From the IMG/VR virus record IMGVR_UViG_3300037483_001818: 64,000 nt of DNA; one strand, given 5' to 3'. The position numbers and the translations under genes are program-made. The first letter of the stretch is position 1. The number at the start of each line of letters is the position of its first letter. The stretch comes from a virus (Duplodnaviria > Heunggongvirae > Uroviricota > Caudoviricetes). The notes below the pieces were generated by a model. It was not told the DNA's origin, did no database searches, and was given only the letters and a program-made list of their open reading frames with translations. Below, piece by piece: positions 1-10,232 of the stretch.

Positions 1-2
1 GC

Positions 3-146
3 AAGGGCGAGTGGCTCGATCTCGGCTTCATGCGTTACAAGAATCCGTTCGGCGACGCGAGTGACGGTCGGCCCGATGCGGCGCTGACGGCGGCATTCGG
101 TGCGGTCCTCGCGGAAGTGCTCCGCGGGGGAGGAGCCGTCGCGTGA
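3..146 (+). CDS. 3' end of hypothetical protein (starts before window)
   Basis: Open frame KGEWLDLGFMRYKNP... ending TGA 144-146, overlapping GTG of next gene. Confidence 0.5.
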   Translation, partial: KGEWLDLGFMRYKNPFGDASDGRPDAALTAAFGAVLAEVLRGGGAVA

Positions 147-406
147 GCTGGAACACTTGCAGGGAGTGCGGCCGAACTGAGAGCGAAGATGCGGCCGACA
201 GACGTGCAGTTGGAATATACGTCGTCATGGGGCGTGATCCGACAGACGCTCTCGAAATGATTAACGACTGTTCGGACGTTAGAGTGTTGGACACCCTGCA
301 TAAGATGCTTACCAACAACGGATCGGGTCAGACCGACAAAGAATTGAACGCGCTCATGGCTGGTCCGGTGGCTCGCCGACTCTCGCGCGTCAAGGAGCAC
401 GAATGA
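143..406 (+). CDS. hypothetical protein (CxxC near N-terminus)
   Basis: GTGA/ATGA overlaps on both sides. Confidence 0.65.
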   Translation: MSWNTCRECGRTESEDAADRRAVGIYVVMGRDPTDALEMINDCSDVRVLDTLHKMLTNNGSGQTDKELNALMAGPVARRLSRVKEHE

Positions 407-663
407 ACGAGATGAAATTGTTTGTCGTGTACCTCGGCGGCAAGGTCGCCGAGGGTCGTATGGGCGAGGACCACGAAGTGGTAGTAGTCGTCGCCGAGGA
501 CGTGCCAGCCGCGCGTAAGGCTGCAAAAACAAAGTGGCGCGGCATTGGCGATCCGCACGTGGATGCCGTGCGCGAACTGGACGTCGTAGACAAACACAAG
601 GTCTGTCTTGTTCACGTGATCGGTGATGACAAGGCGCCTCTGGATTCAACGTGGTCGCCGTGA
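403..663 (+). CDS. DUF1543-like protein
   Basis: KLFVVYLGG...EDHEVVVVVAED...AK.KW...PHVD pattern. Confidence 0.65.
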   Translation: MNEMKLFVVYLGGKVAEGRMGEDHEVVVVVAEDVPAARKAAKTKWRGIGDPHVDAVRELDVVDKHKVCLVHVIGDDKAPLDSTWSP

Positions 664-698
664 TTGGGCGGCAGCTGGATAAGTGTGTTCGAGTATCA

Positions 699-896
699 AT
701 GACGCGACGATCCTACGTCCCGTGGAGAGGGCTGATCGTCGGTCTCGTGATCAGTGCGCTTTTGTGCGTGTCGCTGTACCTACGGTTTGGCTGTTCGGAC
801 AGCGAGCGGCAGGCGTGCCTCGATCGTGGAGGCCGCGTGCAGGAGGTCCACGGCGGCAAGGGTGGCTGGATCTGCGCCGAGAGCTCCGCGCGATGA
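699..896 (+). CDS. small membrane protein with Cys-rich tail
   Basis: One hydrophobic helix GLIVGLVISALLCVSLYL; stop overlaps next ATG. Confidence 0.6.
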   Translation: MTRRSYVPWRGLIVGLVISALLCVSLYLRFGCSDSERQACLDRGGRVQEVHGGKGGWICAESSAR

Positions 897-1168
897 AGAT
901 CGCCATCGACACCTGCGTTGGCAAGAAGGGTCGTGCGTTGCTCGAACACGCGGGACATCAAGTTGTGGTCGAGGCGGAGGAGGGCGAGATGGATCAAGTG
1001 TGGTTCGCACGCGCGCTCAAGGCTGACGTCGAGCTGGTCGTGTCCGCTGACAGCTATCTCGAAACTCATTGCCATGACCACGGCATCAAGTTCTTTCAGG
1101 CCGAGCAGAAGCATCGAGGTCTACTGACGGCGCAGCGTGTGCTGCTTCGGCACCCCGGAGAAGCATGA
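893..1168 (+). CDS. PIN-like (DUF5615/Mut7-C-type) protein
   Basis: MKIAIDTCV...L..AGH.V...D.....A......VVSADS pattern. Confidence 0.55.
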   Translation: MKIAIDTCVGKKGRALLEHAGHQVVVEAEEGEMDQVWFARALKADVELVVSADSYLETHCHDHGIKFFQAEQKHRGLLTAQRVLLRHPGEA

Positions 1169-1746
1169 AACCACCCGTGAACGAGGTTGTTGCTGGGCGC
1201 GCGTGTGATCACACACGGGGCATGGGGCACATGCGAAGCACCGCGATCACGGTGTGCTCCAACTGTCGTGATTACTTGTGCTCGATCTGTGGTCTCACGA
1301 TCGAGTGGCACGCAGGGTTGTACGTCACGAATCTGCCCGTGCAGTGGCGCTACTGCGTGAAGCCCGCGTGCGTCGAAGTCGAGGCCCTGTACCACGGGCA
1401 CCCTGTTGCGGAGCTGGCCCAGCAGCGCAACGCGTTGCGTGCCAAGCGCATGCTGCATCATTTCCAGGATCGCGGGATCGAGCCTCGGCCGCCGTACATC
1501 CCGCCCGAGCGGACCATCTTGCCGGGTGGGGCAGCGCTCATCAAAATCACTCCGCAGCCCTTCAATCTGGATCTTGGCGAGGCGTGCTGGTGCAACCTCG
1601 GCAAGGATTGCATTGGCAACCACGAGATCTGCTGCGGCGAGCCAGTTCACCTCTGCGGGATCTGTGGGCGGACCTTCCAGATTACGCGCGACGATCCGCA
1701 CTGGTCGACGGGCCGCGGCCCCAGCTGTCCCACGGAGGCGAAGTAG
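1165..1746 (+). CDS. Cys-rich zinc-binding hypothetical protein
   Basis: Several CxxC pairs; ATGA overlap. Confidence 0.6.
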   Translation: MKPPVNEVVAGRACDHTRGMGHMRSTAITVCSNCRDYLCSICGLTIEWHAGLYVTNLPVQWRYCVKPACVEVEALYHGHPVAELAQQRNALRAKRMLHHFQDRGIEPRPPYIPPERTILPGGAALIKITPQPFNLDLGEACWCNLGKDCIGNHEICCGEPVHLCGICGRTFQITRDDPHWSTGRGPSCPTEAK

Positions 1747-1748
1747 CA

Positions 1749-2000
1749 ATGGGTATGTACGACACCATCACGGTTCAGTGTCCAAAATGCGGTGAGCCGT
1801 CGGAGTTTCAGTCCAAGAGCGGTGACTGCATGCTGGAGACGTACATGCTCGATGATGCGCCCGACGACGTGCTCCTCGGCGTGAACGATTACGCTCCGAA
1901 TCGCTGCTCGAAGTGCAACACGCTCTTCAGTGTCGAGATTAGTGGATCTCGACCGCGTCGGACGCTCACGGCCCGCGCCGTTGTTTGGGAGGGCGAATAA
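1749..2000 (+). CDS. zinc-ribbon phage-type protein (MGMYD...CPKCG...FQSK)
   Basis: Two CxxC pairs; N-terminus typical of small phage proteins. Confidence 0.65.
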   Translation: MGMYDTITVQCPKCGEPSEFQSKSGDCMLETYMLDDAPDDVLLGVNDYAPNRCSKCNTLFSVEISGSRPRRTLTARAVVWEGE

Positions 2001-2002
2001 CA

Positions 2003-2323
2003 ATGGCAATAGAACCGAGGCGCGAGATCAATATCGGCGAAGACATCAAGTGTTCGTGCGGTGAACGCGGCGAGAGTCAGTCGTCGTGCGATCTGTTCAA
2101 CCACAACATGTTCCGTAACGACGGTCACTGGTGCACCGATGCGGAGCTACGCGAGGACGGGATCTGCCCGGACGAACCGCCGAGCGGCATCTTCAAGGGC
2201 AAGAGCGCGCAGTTCGCGCAGTTCTACTGGACCGACGAGACCGGCATCAACGTCCGCGGCCCGTTCCACGACGAGACCGAGGCGCGCGACTCGCGCAAGC
2301 GGTACATGCGGGATTGTCTGTGA
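2003..2323 (+). CDS. hypothetical protein
   Basis: Operon position; C-terminal GPFHDETEAR motif. Confidence 0.6.
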   Translation: MAIEPRREINIGEDIKCSCGERGESQSSCDLFNHNMFRNDGHWCTDAELREDGICPDEPPSGIFKGKSAQFAQFYWTDETGINVRGPFHDETEARDSRKRYMRDCL

Positions 2324-2346
2324 CGCCATGAGGTGCGCGAAATCAA

Positions 2347-2583
2347 ATGCGTAAGCTGACGACAAACCAATTAGAACGACTTCGCGGGCTGGCCACAGCG
2401 TCGTTGGATTCGAACGTTGTCGTTGATTTCGGAAGCGCGCCAGAGGATCTCGTCGTCGCATGCGATCGAGCGCTTGGCTGGGATGCAATGGAAGAGGAGG
2501 AGGACGAGGACGAGAAGCGGGCACTCATCGATACATCGCACCAACGGTGTGCCTCTGCATGGAGGCGTCGCCATGGGAGATAA
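2347..2583 (+). CDS. hypothetical acidic protein
   Basis: Operon position; EEEEDEDE tract. Confidence 0.55.
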   Translation: MRKLTTNQLERLRGLATASLDSNVVVDFGSAPEDLVVACDRALGWDAMEEEEDEDEKRALIDTSHQRCASAWRRRHGR

Positions 2584-3487
2584 CCGCACGACCCAGGCCG
2601 GCAAGGGTGACATCCGCAGCCAGCGCCAGCGGCGTCGCGATCGCTACCGGGGCTGCCGTGTGTGCGGTGTGCGCAGCGTTCAGTGCACCGAGTGCGATCT
2701 CGGCGAGCAGCTCGTCGCGATCCACGGCTACGCGAGCCTGGCGCTCGTGGTCGACGGATCGTTCGTGCCGGCAGGCAAAGACGCACGCAATGCGCCCCGC
2801 GTTCACCGCGAGCGGTACGCCGCACTGAAGGTGCAGATCGCAAACGACCATCCCGCCTGGACCGCGGACCGTGTGGACGCTGCGCTGGTGGAAGCGCTCA
2901 CTGGCGCCCCATCGACCCACGAGCTTGGTCACGGAGGTGCGGGCCTCGTGCTCGTCCGCGGCAAGACGATCCTTGCATCGCGCGCGTGCGGCTTTCGTGC
3001 GGCGAGCTCGTCGGACGCCGAGTATCACGCGGTCATCCGCGCCTCGCGTTGGGCGCGCGGCGTCGCGATCTACACCGACGCGCGCGATCTGCCCGTGAAG
3101 ATGTCCCGCGTTAACCCTGACATCGCCGTGCACTACCTGGATCCGAACAAGCGCGCTGACGCGTATGCACTTGCCCATCGCTTGAGCGTGGAAGGCCGCT
3201 GCCGCGAGGCGCCGGAGACGATCCCGTCCGTTGGTCTCGCGTACGCTGCCGAGCGCTCTAATCTGACCAAGGCTCAGCGGAAAGCGAAGGGTGCCGAGCT
3301 GCTGCTTGAGCACGCCCAGGGTGATCCGAGCTTCGACGGCGACTTCACCGCGCTCGCCGCTCGGCTCGGTTGGGCTTCAGGCCGGCTATGGCAGCGAAAT
3401 CCGGCCATTCGGATCGCGTCGGCCCAGTGGCAGGCACAACAGTCAGAAATCAAGCGAGGAGAAGAGGACCATGTCGATGGGTTATGA
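2573..3487 (+). CDS. RNase H-like domain protein with N-terminal Zn finger
   Basis: VVDGSF...GGAGLVL...SSDAEYHAV...IYTD...NKRAD matches the RNase HI D-E-D-D motif order. Confidence 0.65.
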   Translation: MGDNRTTQAGKGDIRSQRQRRRDRYRGCRVCGVRSVQCTECDLGEQLVAIHGYASLALVVDGSFVPAGKDARNAPRVHRERYAALKVQIANDHPAWTADRVDAALVEALTGAPSTHELGHGGAGLVLVRGKTILASRACGFRAASSSDAEYHAVIRASRWARGVAIYTDARDLPVKMSRVNPDIAVHYLDPNKRADAYALAHRLSVEGRCREAPETIPSVGLAYAAERSNLTKAQRKAKGAELLLEHAQGDPSFDGDFTALAARLGWASGRLWQRNPAIRIASAQWQAQQSEIKRGEEDHVDGL

Positions 3488-3797
3488 CGTCGGGGACCTG
3501 CTAGCGGAGATCAAGGCCAAGGATGCAGAGATCGCGCGTCTCATTGCGTGCAGCTTGAACCTGACCGAACCAGAGCTGAAGTTGACGATGGTCGCGATCA
3601 GGGAGGTTCATACACCAGAGCGAGTGCAGCATTCGATGTCTTCTGAGGCCGCGGCCATCCTTCAGAAGCTCCAAGCATCACTCGACCGTATCGAGAATGA
3701 ACGACGGGCGGCGACCGACTTCGCGGCGTCGCTTACCGACGAAGAGCGTGAGATCATCAAGGCGCGGCGGGCCGCCAAGAGCAGTGCTTCGCGATGA
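3471..3797 (+). CDS. helical hypothetical protein
   Basis: GAGGA RBS upstream; ATGA overlap at end. Confidence 0.6.
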   Translation: MSMGYDVGDLLAEIKAKDAEIARLIACSLNLTEPELKLTMVAIREVHTPERVQHSMSSEAAAILQKLQASLDRIENERRAATDFAASLTDEEREIIKARRAAKSSASR

Positions 3798-4504
3798 ATC
3801 GCATCATCGAAGTCTTTGGCTCGTCGCCGGTCTTATTGCCGGTCGTCCATCCCATCGGCCGTGAAGAAGCCCTCGCCTCGGTGCGCATCGCTCACGAGCT
3901 TGGTGTGAAGGGGCTATTCCTCATCGATCAAGGCATGACCGAGCGTGAGGTGCTCCAGCTCGTCCGCGAGGTCCGCGAGCGCTGGCCGTCATTGTGGGTC
4001 GGACTCAACTTACTCTCGCGAACTCCCACGAGCGTCCTCGCCACCACGTTCAATCGGGGCTATCGCATCGACGGCATCTGGTCCGACGACGCGGGCATCG
4101 ACGAGCGTGACGGCATTCATCCCCGTGCAGACGCCTTCGTCAAGACCCGTAACGCCGCGAGCTGGGACGGCCTTTACTTCGGTGGTGTCGCTTTCAAGTA
4201 TCAGCGCGAGGTCTCGCCGAAGGATCTCAGCCGCGCGGCTGAGATGAGCCTTCCGTACATGGATGTGCTCTGCACGAGCGGTCCGGGCACGGGCTATGCG
4301 GCCGATGTCGAGAAGGTGCGCGCGCTGCGTGCAGGACTTGGAGATCATGCAATGGCGCTCGCGTCAGGGGTTACGCCCGATAACGTGGGCAGCTACCTGC
4401 CGTACGTGCAGGCATTCCTCGTCGGCACCGGAATCGAGCGGCAGCTCGGTGTTCTCGATCCGGCGAAGCTCGAAGCCCTGTTGAAGGCGATGCAGGCCGG
4501 GTGA
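3794..4504 (+). CDS. BtpA/SgcQ-like TIM-barrel protein
   Basis: LPVVH...GLNLL...GGVAFKYQ...TSGPGTG...ALASGVTPDNV...FLVGT. Confidence 0.75.
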   Translation: MNRIIEVFGSSPVLLPVVHPIGREEALASVRIAHELGVKGLFLIDQGMTEREVLQLVREVRERWPSLWVGLNLLSRTPTSVLATTFNRGYRIDGIWSDDAGIDERDGIHPRADAFVKTRNAASWDGLYFGGVAFKYQREVSPKDLSRAAEMSLPYMDVLCTSGPGTGYAADVEKVRALRAGLGDHAMALASGVTPDNVGSYLPYVQAFLVGTGIERQLGVLDPAKLEALLKAMQAG

Positions 4505-4839
4505 TCGTGGCGCGCACGTACAAGACGCTTTCGCTCTCGTTGCCGCCGGGCGTTGTCGAGGAGCTGACCATGATGGGCAAGTCGACCGGACGCGTTGCGG
4601 CGCGGGTCGCGACCGAGATCGTGTTGCGCGAGGTCGCCAAGATGTCCGCGCCGAAGGAGGAGACGCGTCGGAGGTCGTGGTGCTGTCAGGCCATCGTGAC
4701 GCCGATCCAGGGTGCGCTCGTGTTGCCCGAGACGCCCACCGGTGAGCGCCGCTGGGTGCCGGTGGTCGCATTGCTGTGCAGCGCGTGCCTCAAACAGATG
4801 CACGGGCGTGAGTACGAAGGATGGATCGCAGATGCTTGA
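4501..4839 (+). CDS. ribbon-helix-helix-like protein with C-terminal Cys motif
   Basis: KTLSLSLPPGVVEEL N-terminus; LCSAC. Confidence 0.5.
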   Translation: MIVARTYKTLSLSLPPGVVEELTMMGKSTGRVAARVATEIVLREVAKMSAPKEETRRRSWCCQAIVTPIQGALVLPETPTGERRWVPVVALLCSACLKQMHGREYEGWIADA

Positions 4840-5080
4840 TACGACGACGGACACGACGGCGCGGGTGATCCTCATCTATGCGGGTCTTTCCCTCGTGATC
4901 GGCGGCATCGCGGCTTCGTACGAGATCTGGCACAAGCCCACGATGCTCGATCGCGCGAACGGTCGTGGAAAGTTTTCGTCGCCGAAGGAAAGCGCGTTCG
5001 GGATCTGTCTATTCGTGGCCATCCTCTGGCCCATCTTGGCTGTCCTGGCGATCGCCGATGCATGGAGCGCGAGACGATGA
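4832..5080 (+). CDS. two-TM membrane protein
   Basis: Two hydrophobic helices; ILWP motif. Confidence 0.6.
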   Translation: MLDTTTDTTARVILIYAGLSLVIGGIAASYEIWHKPTMLDRANGRGKFSSPKESAFGICLFVAILWPILAVLAIADAWSARR

Positions 5081-5427
5081 CGAAGAAAATGGCCCGCAAG
5101 ATGGCGCGCCAGAAGAAAAAGGCATCCCGTCGTTCGGCGGCTCTTGTGGACCCGCCGTCATTCAAGCCTTGCGACGATTATATCGATGATCTAACCGCTC
5201 CCGCGGCGCTGCGGAAGTTCCTCGCGTTCGCCCGGGCTCCGGCCCACGGCCAGCTCCTGCCCAAGCCGCATCCGCGGCTATTCGCCGATTACGAGGGACG
5301 TCGCGTGCGCGTCACCATGGCCTCGCGCATGGGCGACGTTGGCATCACGACCGATTTCACCGCCGAGCTGGGCTATGAGCGACGCGTTCCTGTGAGCCAG
5401 CTCGACAACTTCTCGGAGACACCATGA
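5077..5427 (+). CDS. hypothetical protein
   Basis: ATGA overlaps at both ends. Confidence 0.65.
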   Translation: MTKKMARKMARQKKKASRRSAALVDPPSFKPCDDYIDDLTAPAALRKFLAFARAPAHGQLLPKPHPRLFADYEGRRVRVTMASRMGDVGITTDFTAELGYERRVPVSQLDNFSETP

Positions 5428-5780
5428 GCACGACCCAGTTGAAGTACACGCTCGCTGAATGGCGGGCGAAGGCTGCCGAGTTGTTCGGCGAAGATTTCAT
5501 GAAATGGAAGTTCGTTTGTCCGATCTGCGGACACGTCGCGAGCGTCCAGGACTGGAAGGACGCCGGAGCTCCTGTGCAGTCGGCTGCATTCTCTTGTGTC
5601 GGCCGCTGGGCCGGTGCACATCCCACAACCGCCAAGGGCAACATTGGCCCAAACGGCATCGAGGGCAAGGGGCCCTGTAACTACGGGGGCGGCGGCCTGT
5701 TCCAGTTTAACCCCATCGTCGTGGTCGATCCCGACGGTGTCGAGCTGAAAGCGTTCGCCTTTGCTGAGCCCGGTCAGTAG
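5424..5780 (+). CDS. VVA0879-like phage protein
   Basis: KFVCPICGHVASVQDW...FSCVGRW...PCNYGGGGLF. Confidence 0.65.
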   Translation: MSTTQLKYTLAEWRAKAAELFGEDFMKWKFVCPICGHVASVQDWKDAGAPVQSAAFSCVGRWAGAHPTTAKGNIGPNGIEGKGPCNYGGGGLFQFNPIVVVDPDGVELKAFAFAEPGQ

Positions 5781-5785
5781 ATCCG

Positions 5786-6184
5786 ATGAAGCGCAAGCTG
5801 ACCATGAAGGAACGCGGTGGATCCTGGATCCTTCCGTGGCCAAACACGATGGAGAACGTACGCGAGATCGTGCGTGAGCTGCGTGCCGAGGGATGGACGG
5901 CAACGATCGAGAAGACCGTACACGCGACGTATGTGTGGACAAACGCGATCGGGCGGGCCGGGGTTGCTAACCAAAAGGCAGTGCAGAACCGTGAGCCTGT
6001 TCCGTGCGCGTCGGACGAGCATGCGTTTCGTCCCGAGGCGTATGACCTGCCCGCAAGCGATCCGGCGCTCCACGATGAGTGCTGTACGATCTGCGGCTGG
6101 TCGTGGGACGAGATCGCTGATCACGATCGTGGCGACTGTTGCTGCCCCGCCGACCACACAATGAAGCTCCTGGAGAGCTGCTAG
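5786..6184 (+). CDS. hypothetical protein (Cys/His-rich C-terminus)
   Basis: Operon position. Confidence 0.55.
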   Translation: MKRKLTMKERGGSWILPWPNTMENVREIVRELRAEGWTATIEKTVHATYVWTNAIGRAGVANQKAVQNREPVPCASDEHAFRPEAYDLPASDPALHDECCTICGWSWDEIADHDRGDCCCPADHTMKLLESC

Positions 6185-6511
6185 CGTGCGGTCGTCATGC
6201 CGTGGCCGCGGCTCGGCGCACACTCACGGCGCGCCAGCCAACAACAAGCACGAGCAGCGTGATCGCGACGACCGCGAGCATCTCCGTGAGCGTTGGAACC
6301 CAATACTTCGGGCAACGGCAGCTCCAGCCGCAGTGACACCCGCCGCAGGCACAGCGAAGGGTTCAGCCGTAGTAGGCAACTGCGAGCGCCGCGGTTACTG
6401 CGATCGTGGCGTCCGCGAGAAGGCGTGGGCGCGCAAGCTTCACTGCGAACGCTCGCTCGAAGACGACACGGGTCCGATCATACCAGCACCGGCACACGAA
6501 GGAGCGCGCGC

Positions 6512-6706
6512 ATGAGCGACCAGCCTCAGCTGACGAGGACGAATCAGGCCGCGTATGACGAGATGCGGCGGCTCTTGGACGCGTTGCCCGACGAGGAGTC
6601 GCGACAGGTCGTGTTGGCGGCGCTTCTCACGAATCGCTGCCGGATGTGCCTCGACTACAATCCGCGTGGCGCATTTTGGTGTTGTTACGACTCACGAGGA
6701 GACTGA
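6512..6706 (+). CDS. hypothetical protein
   Basis: AAGGAG RBS; CRMC...CC. Confidence 0.55.
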   Translation: MSDQPQLTRTNQAAYDEMRRLLDALPDEESRQVVLAALLTNRCRMCLDYNPRGAFWCCYDSRGD

Positions 6707-6710
6707 AGAG

Positions 6711-7079
6711 ATGATGGAAGGCCAGCTCAAGAAGCTACTCGACAGGAGCCTGCACGCGTATACCGAGCGCGAGCGACGATGGTGGAAGCAAGATTTTCGT
6801 GGGCGCTGGGTCGTGCTCGAGCCGGGGCCCGGGCGGTTACTCCGGGACTCGCCACAGCACCTTCGTGACTACATCAACGCGATCAGCGATCAGCGTGGGC
6901 GTCGTTTCTCGTCGCTTTCTCGCGCGAGGGCGTTTGCACGCGAGGTTGGCGGCGTAGTCCGCCGGTGGCGGCGCCAGATGCCGAAGAGAGGCCCGTGGCA
7001 CCGCGTGACCAACCCGTGGGCACGCGCCGCCGACTGGTCACCGCTGGCGCTGTGGGGCTGTTGCCTGGAGGCGGCGTGA
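6711..7079 (+). CDS. hypothetical basic protein
   Basis: Operon position; GTGA overlap. Confidence 0.55.
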   Translation: MMEGQLKKLLDRSLHAYTERERRWWKQDFRGRWVVLEPGPGRLLRDSPQHLRDYINAISDQRGRRFSSLSRARAFAREVGGVVRRWRRQMPKRGPWHRVTNPWARAADWSPLALWGCCLEAA

Positions 7080-7279
7080 ACGTCGATCGCATCATGACCC
7101 GTCACATGGACTGGGGCGCTGGCGTGCTTCGTGGCATCCGATCGCATGGTTCGTTAGCGCACCTTGCGCCCCGCGATGTGGACGCGGCGATCGAGCACAT
7201 CCAGAAAGCGGCCCGGCTCGTCGATCGACTTCAGCGAAAGCTTGCCAAGGAGCGGCGCCGCTCGCGGCGGCGCAGATGA
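7076..7279 (+). CDS. hypothetical protein
   Basis: GGAGG RBS; GTGA overlap. Confidence 0.55.
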   Translation: MNVDRIMTRHMDWGAGVLRGIRSHGSLAHLAPRDVDAAIEHIQKAARLVDRLQRKLAKERRRSRRRR

Positions 7280-7292
7280 CGATCGCGGGTCT

Positions 7293-8102
7293 TCACTGCC
7301 CACCGATCTTCGCGGTGTCACACCAAATAACGTTGTTGGTGTCGTCGTACCAGAACCACGACTGGCCGCGCGTCGGAATGATGAAGGCTGCATTGTCGGG
7401 CGTGCGAAAGTCGGGTTGGCCGGCTCCCGGAGATCCGGCTGTGCTGGCGATCGTGACGCCGCTCCCGAGGTTCTGAATGGAGAAGCGATAGCCGTAGCTC
7501 GATCCACCGGCCGGCGCTTGGCGCATGTCCATGCTGTTCAGCGTGCAGCCTGCGCCGAAATCGGCGCGGATGTTGTTGCAGTAGTAGAACGGGAGCCCTG
7601 TCGTTGCATCGACGGGCAGCCACGAGTTCAAGGTCGACGCCGCTGGCACGGTGACCACGATTGACCGGATCATGTCTTCGACGCCTGCGACGAAGCACAG
7701 AAACCACTTGTCCGTATCGTCGAGGATGAATCCGCCCATGCCGAGCGACGGAATCACCAGTGATTGGCGACGGCCGGCGAGATGAAACGGCCACGTGTTG
7801 CCTGGCGTGTCTTGCTGAATGATCAGGTTGCCGGTGTTCTGCGTGTTGCTTCCGCCTTGGTTGATGATCAACCGAAACGTTCCGCGCCCCGAAGGTCCGG
7901 CGATGCCGGGATTTAGTCCCGCAATGATCGATCCGTTCACGTCGGGGACGGCGACGATCACGCTACGTGGCTCGTCGACGCCAAACGTGTTCCAGTCGTT
8001 TGTTACCGCCGGCAGTGATGGAAGCGCGGCTGGCGCGTTGTGCGGCTTCATCAGCAAGCTGACGAGCTGCAAGACATCGATGCGGGTGGGAATGGTGGTC
8101 AT
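7293..8102 (-). CDS. putative virion structural / beta-rich protein
   Basis: G/N/T/P-rich, charge-poor; coupled downstream of a collagen-like gene. Confidence 0.5.
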   Translation of the reverse strand: MTTIPTRIDVLQLVSLLMKPHNAPAALPSLPAVTNDWNTFGVDEPRSVIVAVPDVNGSIIAGLNPGIAGPSGRGTFRLIINQGGSNTQNTGNLIIQQDTPGNTWPFHLAGRRQSLVIPSLGMGGFILDDTDKWFLCFVAGVEDMIRSIVVTVPAASTLNSWLPVDATTGLPFYYCNNIRADFGAGCTLNSMDMRQAPAGGSSYGYRFSIQNLGSGVTIASTAGSPGAGQPDFRTPDNAAFIIPTRGQSWFWYDDTNNVIWCDTAKIGGQ

Positions 8103-8773
8103 GTCGGATCCTTAACGTCGAAAGAAAATTGGTCGCCGACCGAGGCGGCCGAGCTGAGTGACAGCACGAACTGCGCGACCGTGCGTGACGAGAGATCGAC
8201 GCGAAGCATGAGATCGGCTGCGGCTTCGTTCTGCGCGGGGAACACTCGGTAAAGCGCGTCTGCCCGTGCAGCGGGGAGCGGAATGATGAGGTTCGCGAGG
8301 TCGGGCTCCAGGCCAGTGACCGTGTATCCGAACACCTGATCGGTCGAAACCGCCGGTCCGGTTGGTCCGGTTGGTCCGATCGAGCTCGGTCCGGTCGATC
8401 CGGTCGAGCCCGTCGGTCCGGTTGATCCAGTCGAGCCCGTCGGTCCGGTTGATCCGGTCGAACCCGTCGGTCCGGTTGATCCGGTCGAACCCGTCGGTCC
8501 GGTTGATCCAGTCGATCCTGCCGGTCCTGTCGGGCCCGTCGCACCGGTGTTCGTCGCTGCGCCCGCCGGTCCCGTCGAGCCGGTGGGTCCCGTTGTACCC
8601 GTCGGTCCTGTTGCGCCGGTATTCGCCGCGGTGCCCAGTGGTCCTGTCATGCCCGTGGGTCCGGTCGCTCCGTCATCGCCGTCGTGACCGCGGTGTCCAC
8701 GCTTGCCTCGTTTGCCACGCTCGCCCTCGCAATCGTCTTCACAGTCGAGGAGGCGCTTGCTGATGTCGGTCAT
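8099..8773 (-). CDS. collagen-like protein (GPT/GST repeats)
   Basis: Long G-X-T run; N-terminus [23 protein letters not shown]. Confidence 0.85.
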   Translation of the reverse strand: MTDISKRLLDCEDDCEGERGKRGKRGHRGHDGDDGATGPTGMTGPLGTAANTGATGPTGTTGPTGSTGPAGAATNTGATGPTGPAGSTGSTGPTGSTGSTGPTGSTGSTGPTGSTGSTGPTGSTGSTGPSSIGPTGPTGPAVSTDQVFGYTVTGLEPDLANLIIPLPAARADALYRVFPAQNEAAADLMLRVDLSSRTVAQFVLSLSSAASVGDQFSFDVKDPT

Positions 8774-8962
8774 GCTGTGAAGAGGGTATCGGCGTGTTGA
8801 GGTGAGAGCCAGAATTTGGCCACCGCCAGGATTTGTGCTCGGTGCGGGCGCAGTTCCGTCGCGTTCAGCGCGCAAAGGGAAGGCGGTGCAACGACGTGCT
8901 CTCGGCGTGCAGATCCGCCACGTGACGTCCGCCGTCTTCTTCGGCGTTAGAGCGTTAGAGCG

Positions 8963-9601
8963 CTAGGGCGTCAGATCGTAAACAACCACCGAGAAGCTTT
9001 TATCTGTCGCCACACCTGCACTGTTGAAGGTGAAGACGATGATCTCATCCACGCCGTTGAATACCCATGTGATCTCCCCTGGAACGCCGATCGAGAGGAG
9101 CCCAGGTGCCACGACGAGGAAGGTGATGTCTGCGGGAGGACTCGACAGCTGGAGGTGGTACTCCCCTGTCGCCGGATGGGCGGGACCTGCGCCCACGAAA
9201 CCCGTCTGGTGGGAGTAAACGGGTACTCCCGTGCCGTTCACAGTCGCGGCAGCGATGACCGGCGGAAACCCGCTGGTGCCCGTCGGCCCCGTCGCGCCGG
9301 TGTTCGCCGCGGCGCCACTTGGTCCCGTCGATCCTGTCGGTCCTGTCGGTCCCGTGAACCCCGTCGGCCCCGTCGGTCCTGTCGCGCCGGTGGATCCCGT
9401 GGGACCGATAGGTCCGTCCGAGGGTCCCGTCGGTCCCGTGCTTCCCGTGCTTCCGGTGCTGCCTGTTGGTCCTGTCGGTCCCGTGGTGCCGTCTTGGCCG
9501 TCATGACCGCGGTGTCCGCGGCGACCGCGCTCGCCCCGCTCGCCCCGCTCGCCTTCAAATTCGTCGTCACAGCCAGGGCTGCTGATCTGGATTTCGGCCA
9601 T
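8963..9601 (-). CDS. collagen-like protein (GPT/GST repeats)
   Basis: G-X-T run; N-terminus [26 protein letters not shown]; beta-rich C-terminal domain. Confidence 0.85.
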   Translation of the reverse strand: MAEIQISSPGCDDEFEGERGERGERGRRGHRGHDGQDGTTGPTGPTGSTGSTGSTGPTGPSDGPIGPTGSTGATGPTGPTGFTGPTGPTGSTGPSGAAANTGATGPTGTSGFPPVIAAATVNGTGVPVYSHQTGFVGAGPAHPATGEYHLQLSSPPADITFLVVAPGLLSIGVPGEITWVFNGVDEIIVFTFNSAGVATDKSFSVVVYDLTP

Positions 9602-9683
9602 AGGTCGACGTTAGTCGCATCCAACACGCAGGGCAAAAAACCGGCTGTGGCGCTGGGGCAACAAAGTCAATGCCGGTAGAGGT

Positions 9684-10205
9684 CTAGCCGGGAGACACCG
9701 ATCCAATGTCGGACGGTGCAGGCGGCGCATCGGCAGTTATGGGTGCGGCTGGTGCGAGCTGAGGCGCCGGCCTTTCGGGATCAGCAGTGCCGCCCTTGGC
9801 GATCTGGAACGCGCCTGTCACGGTCTTGCCGGCCGCATATGTGATGAAGATCCATTTCGAGAAGTCGGTCCACTCAATCGACGTCATGTTCCCGAGCCCC
9901 GCAAGGATGGCCGCTGTGATGACGAGGAGTACGGCCAATAGGCCACGCTCGGACTTCCAGATGTCGCCGATCGCACCCAGCGGTGACACGGCGACGGCGG
10001 CTGCGCCTGGCACCGGGCCCTTGGCGATCTCGAGAGCTCCCGTCACGGTCTTACCGGCCGTGTAGGTCACGAAGATCCACTTCGCGAACTCCGTCCATTG
10101 GGGCGTCGTCATGTGCCCGAGGCCGGCGAGCGTGCCCGCAGCAGCCACGAGTAGTACGGCCAGGAGGCCCCGTTCAGATTTCCAGAGATCGTGGATTGCG
10201 CCCAT
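9684..10205 (-). CDS. holin-like membrane protein with internal duplication
   Basis: Two ~65-aa repeats (D.WKSERGLLAVLLV...WT.F.KWIF.TY.AGKTVTGA..IAKG); near the lysin. Confidence 0.55.
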   Translation of the reverse strand: MGAIHDLWKSERGLLAVLLVAAAGTLAGLGHMTTPQWTEFAKWIFVTYTAGKTVTGALEIAKGPVPGAAAVAVSPLGAIGDIWKSERGLLAVLLVITAAILAGLGNMTSIEWTDFSKWIFITYAAGKTVTGAFQIAKGGTADPERPAPQLAPAAPITADAPPAPSDIGSVSPG

Positions 10206-10232
10206 TCCCGTAGTCTCGACGGGAAACAAGGA

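Noticed and set aside
8340-8670. Tandem 9/18/27-bp DNA repeats (also 9280-9490 and 36720-36900)
   Set aside because: Fully explained by collagen G-X-T coding; the antisense PVGPV ORFs are shadows.
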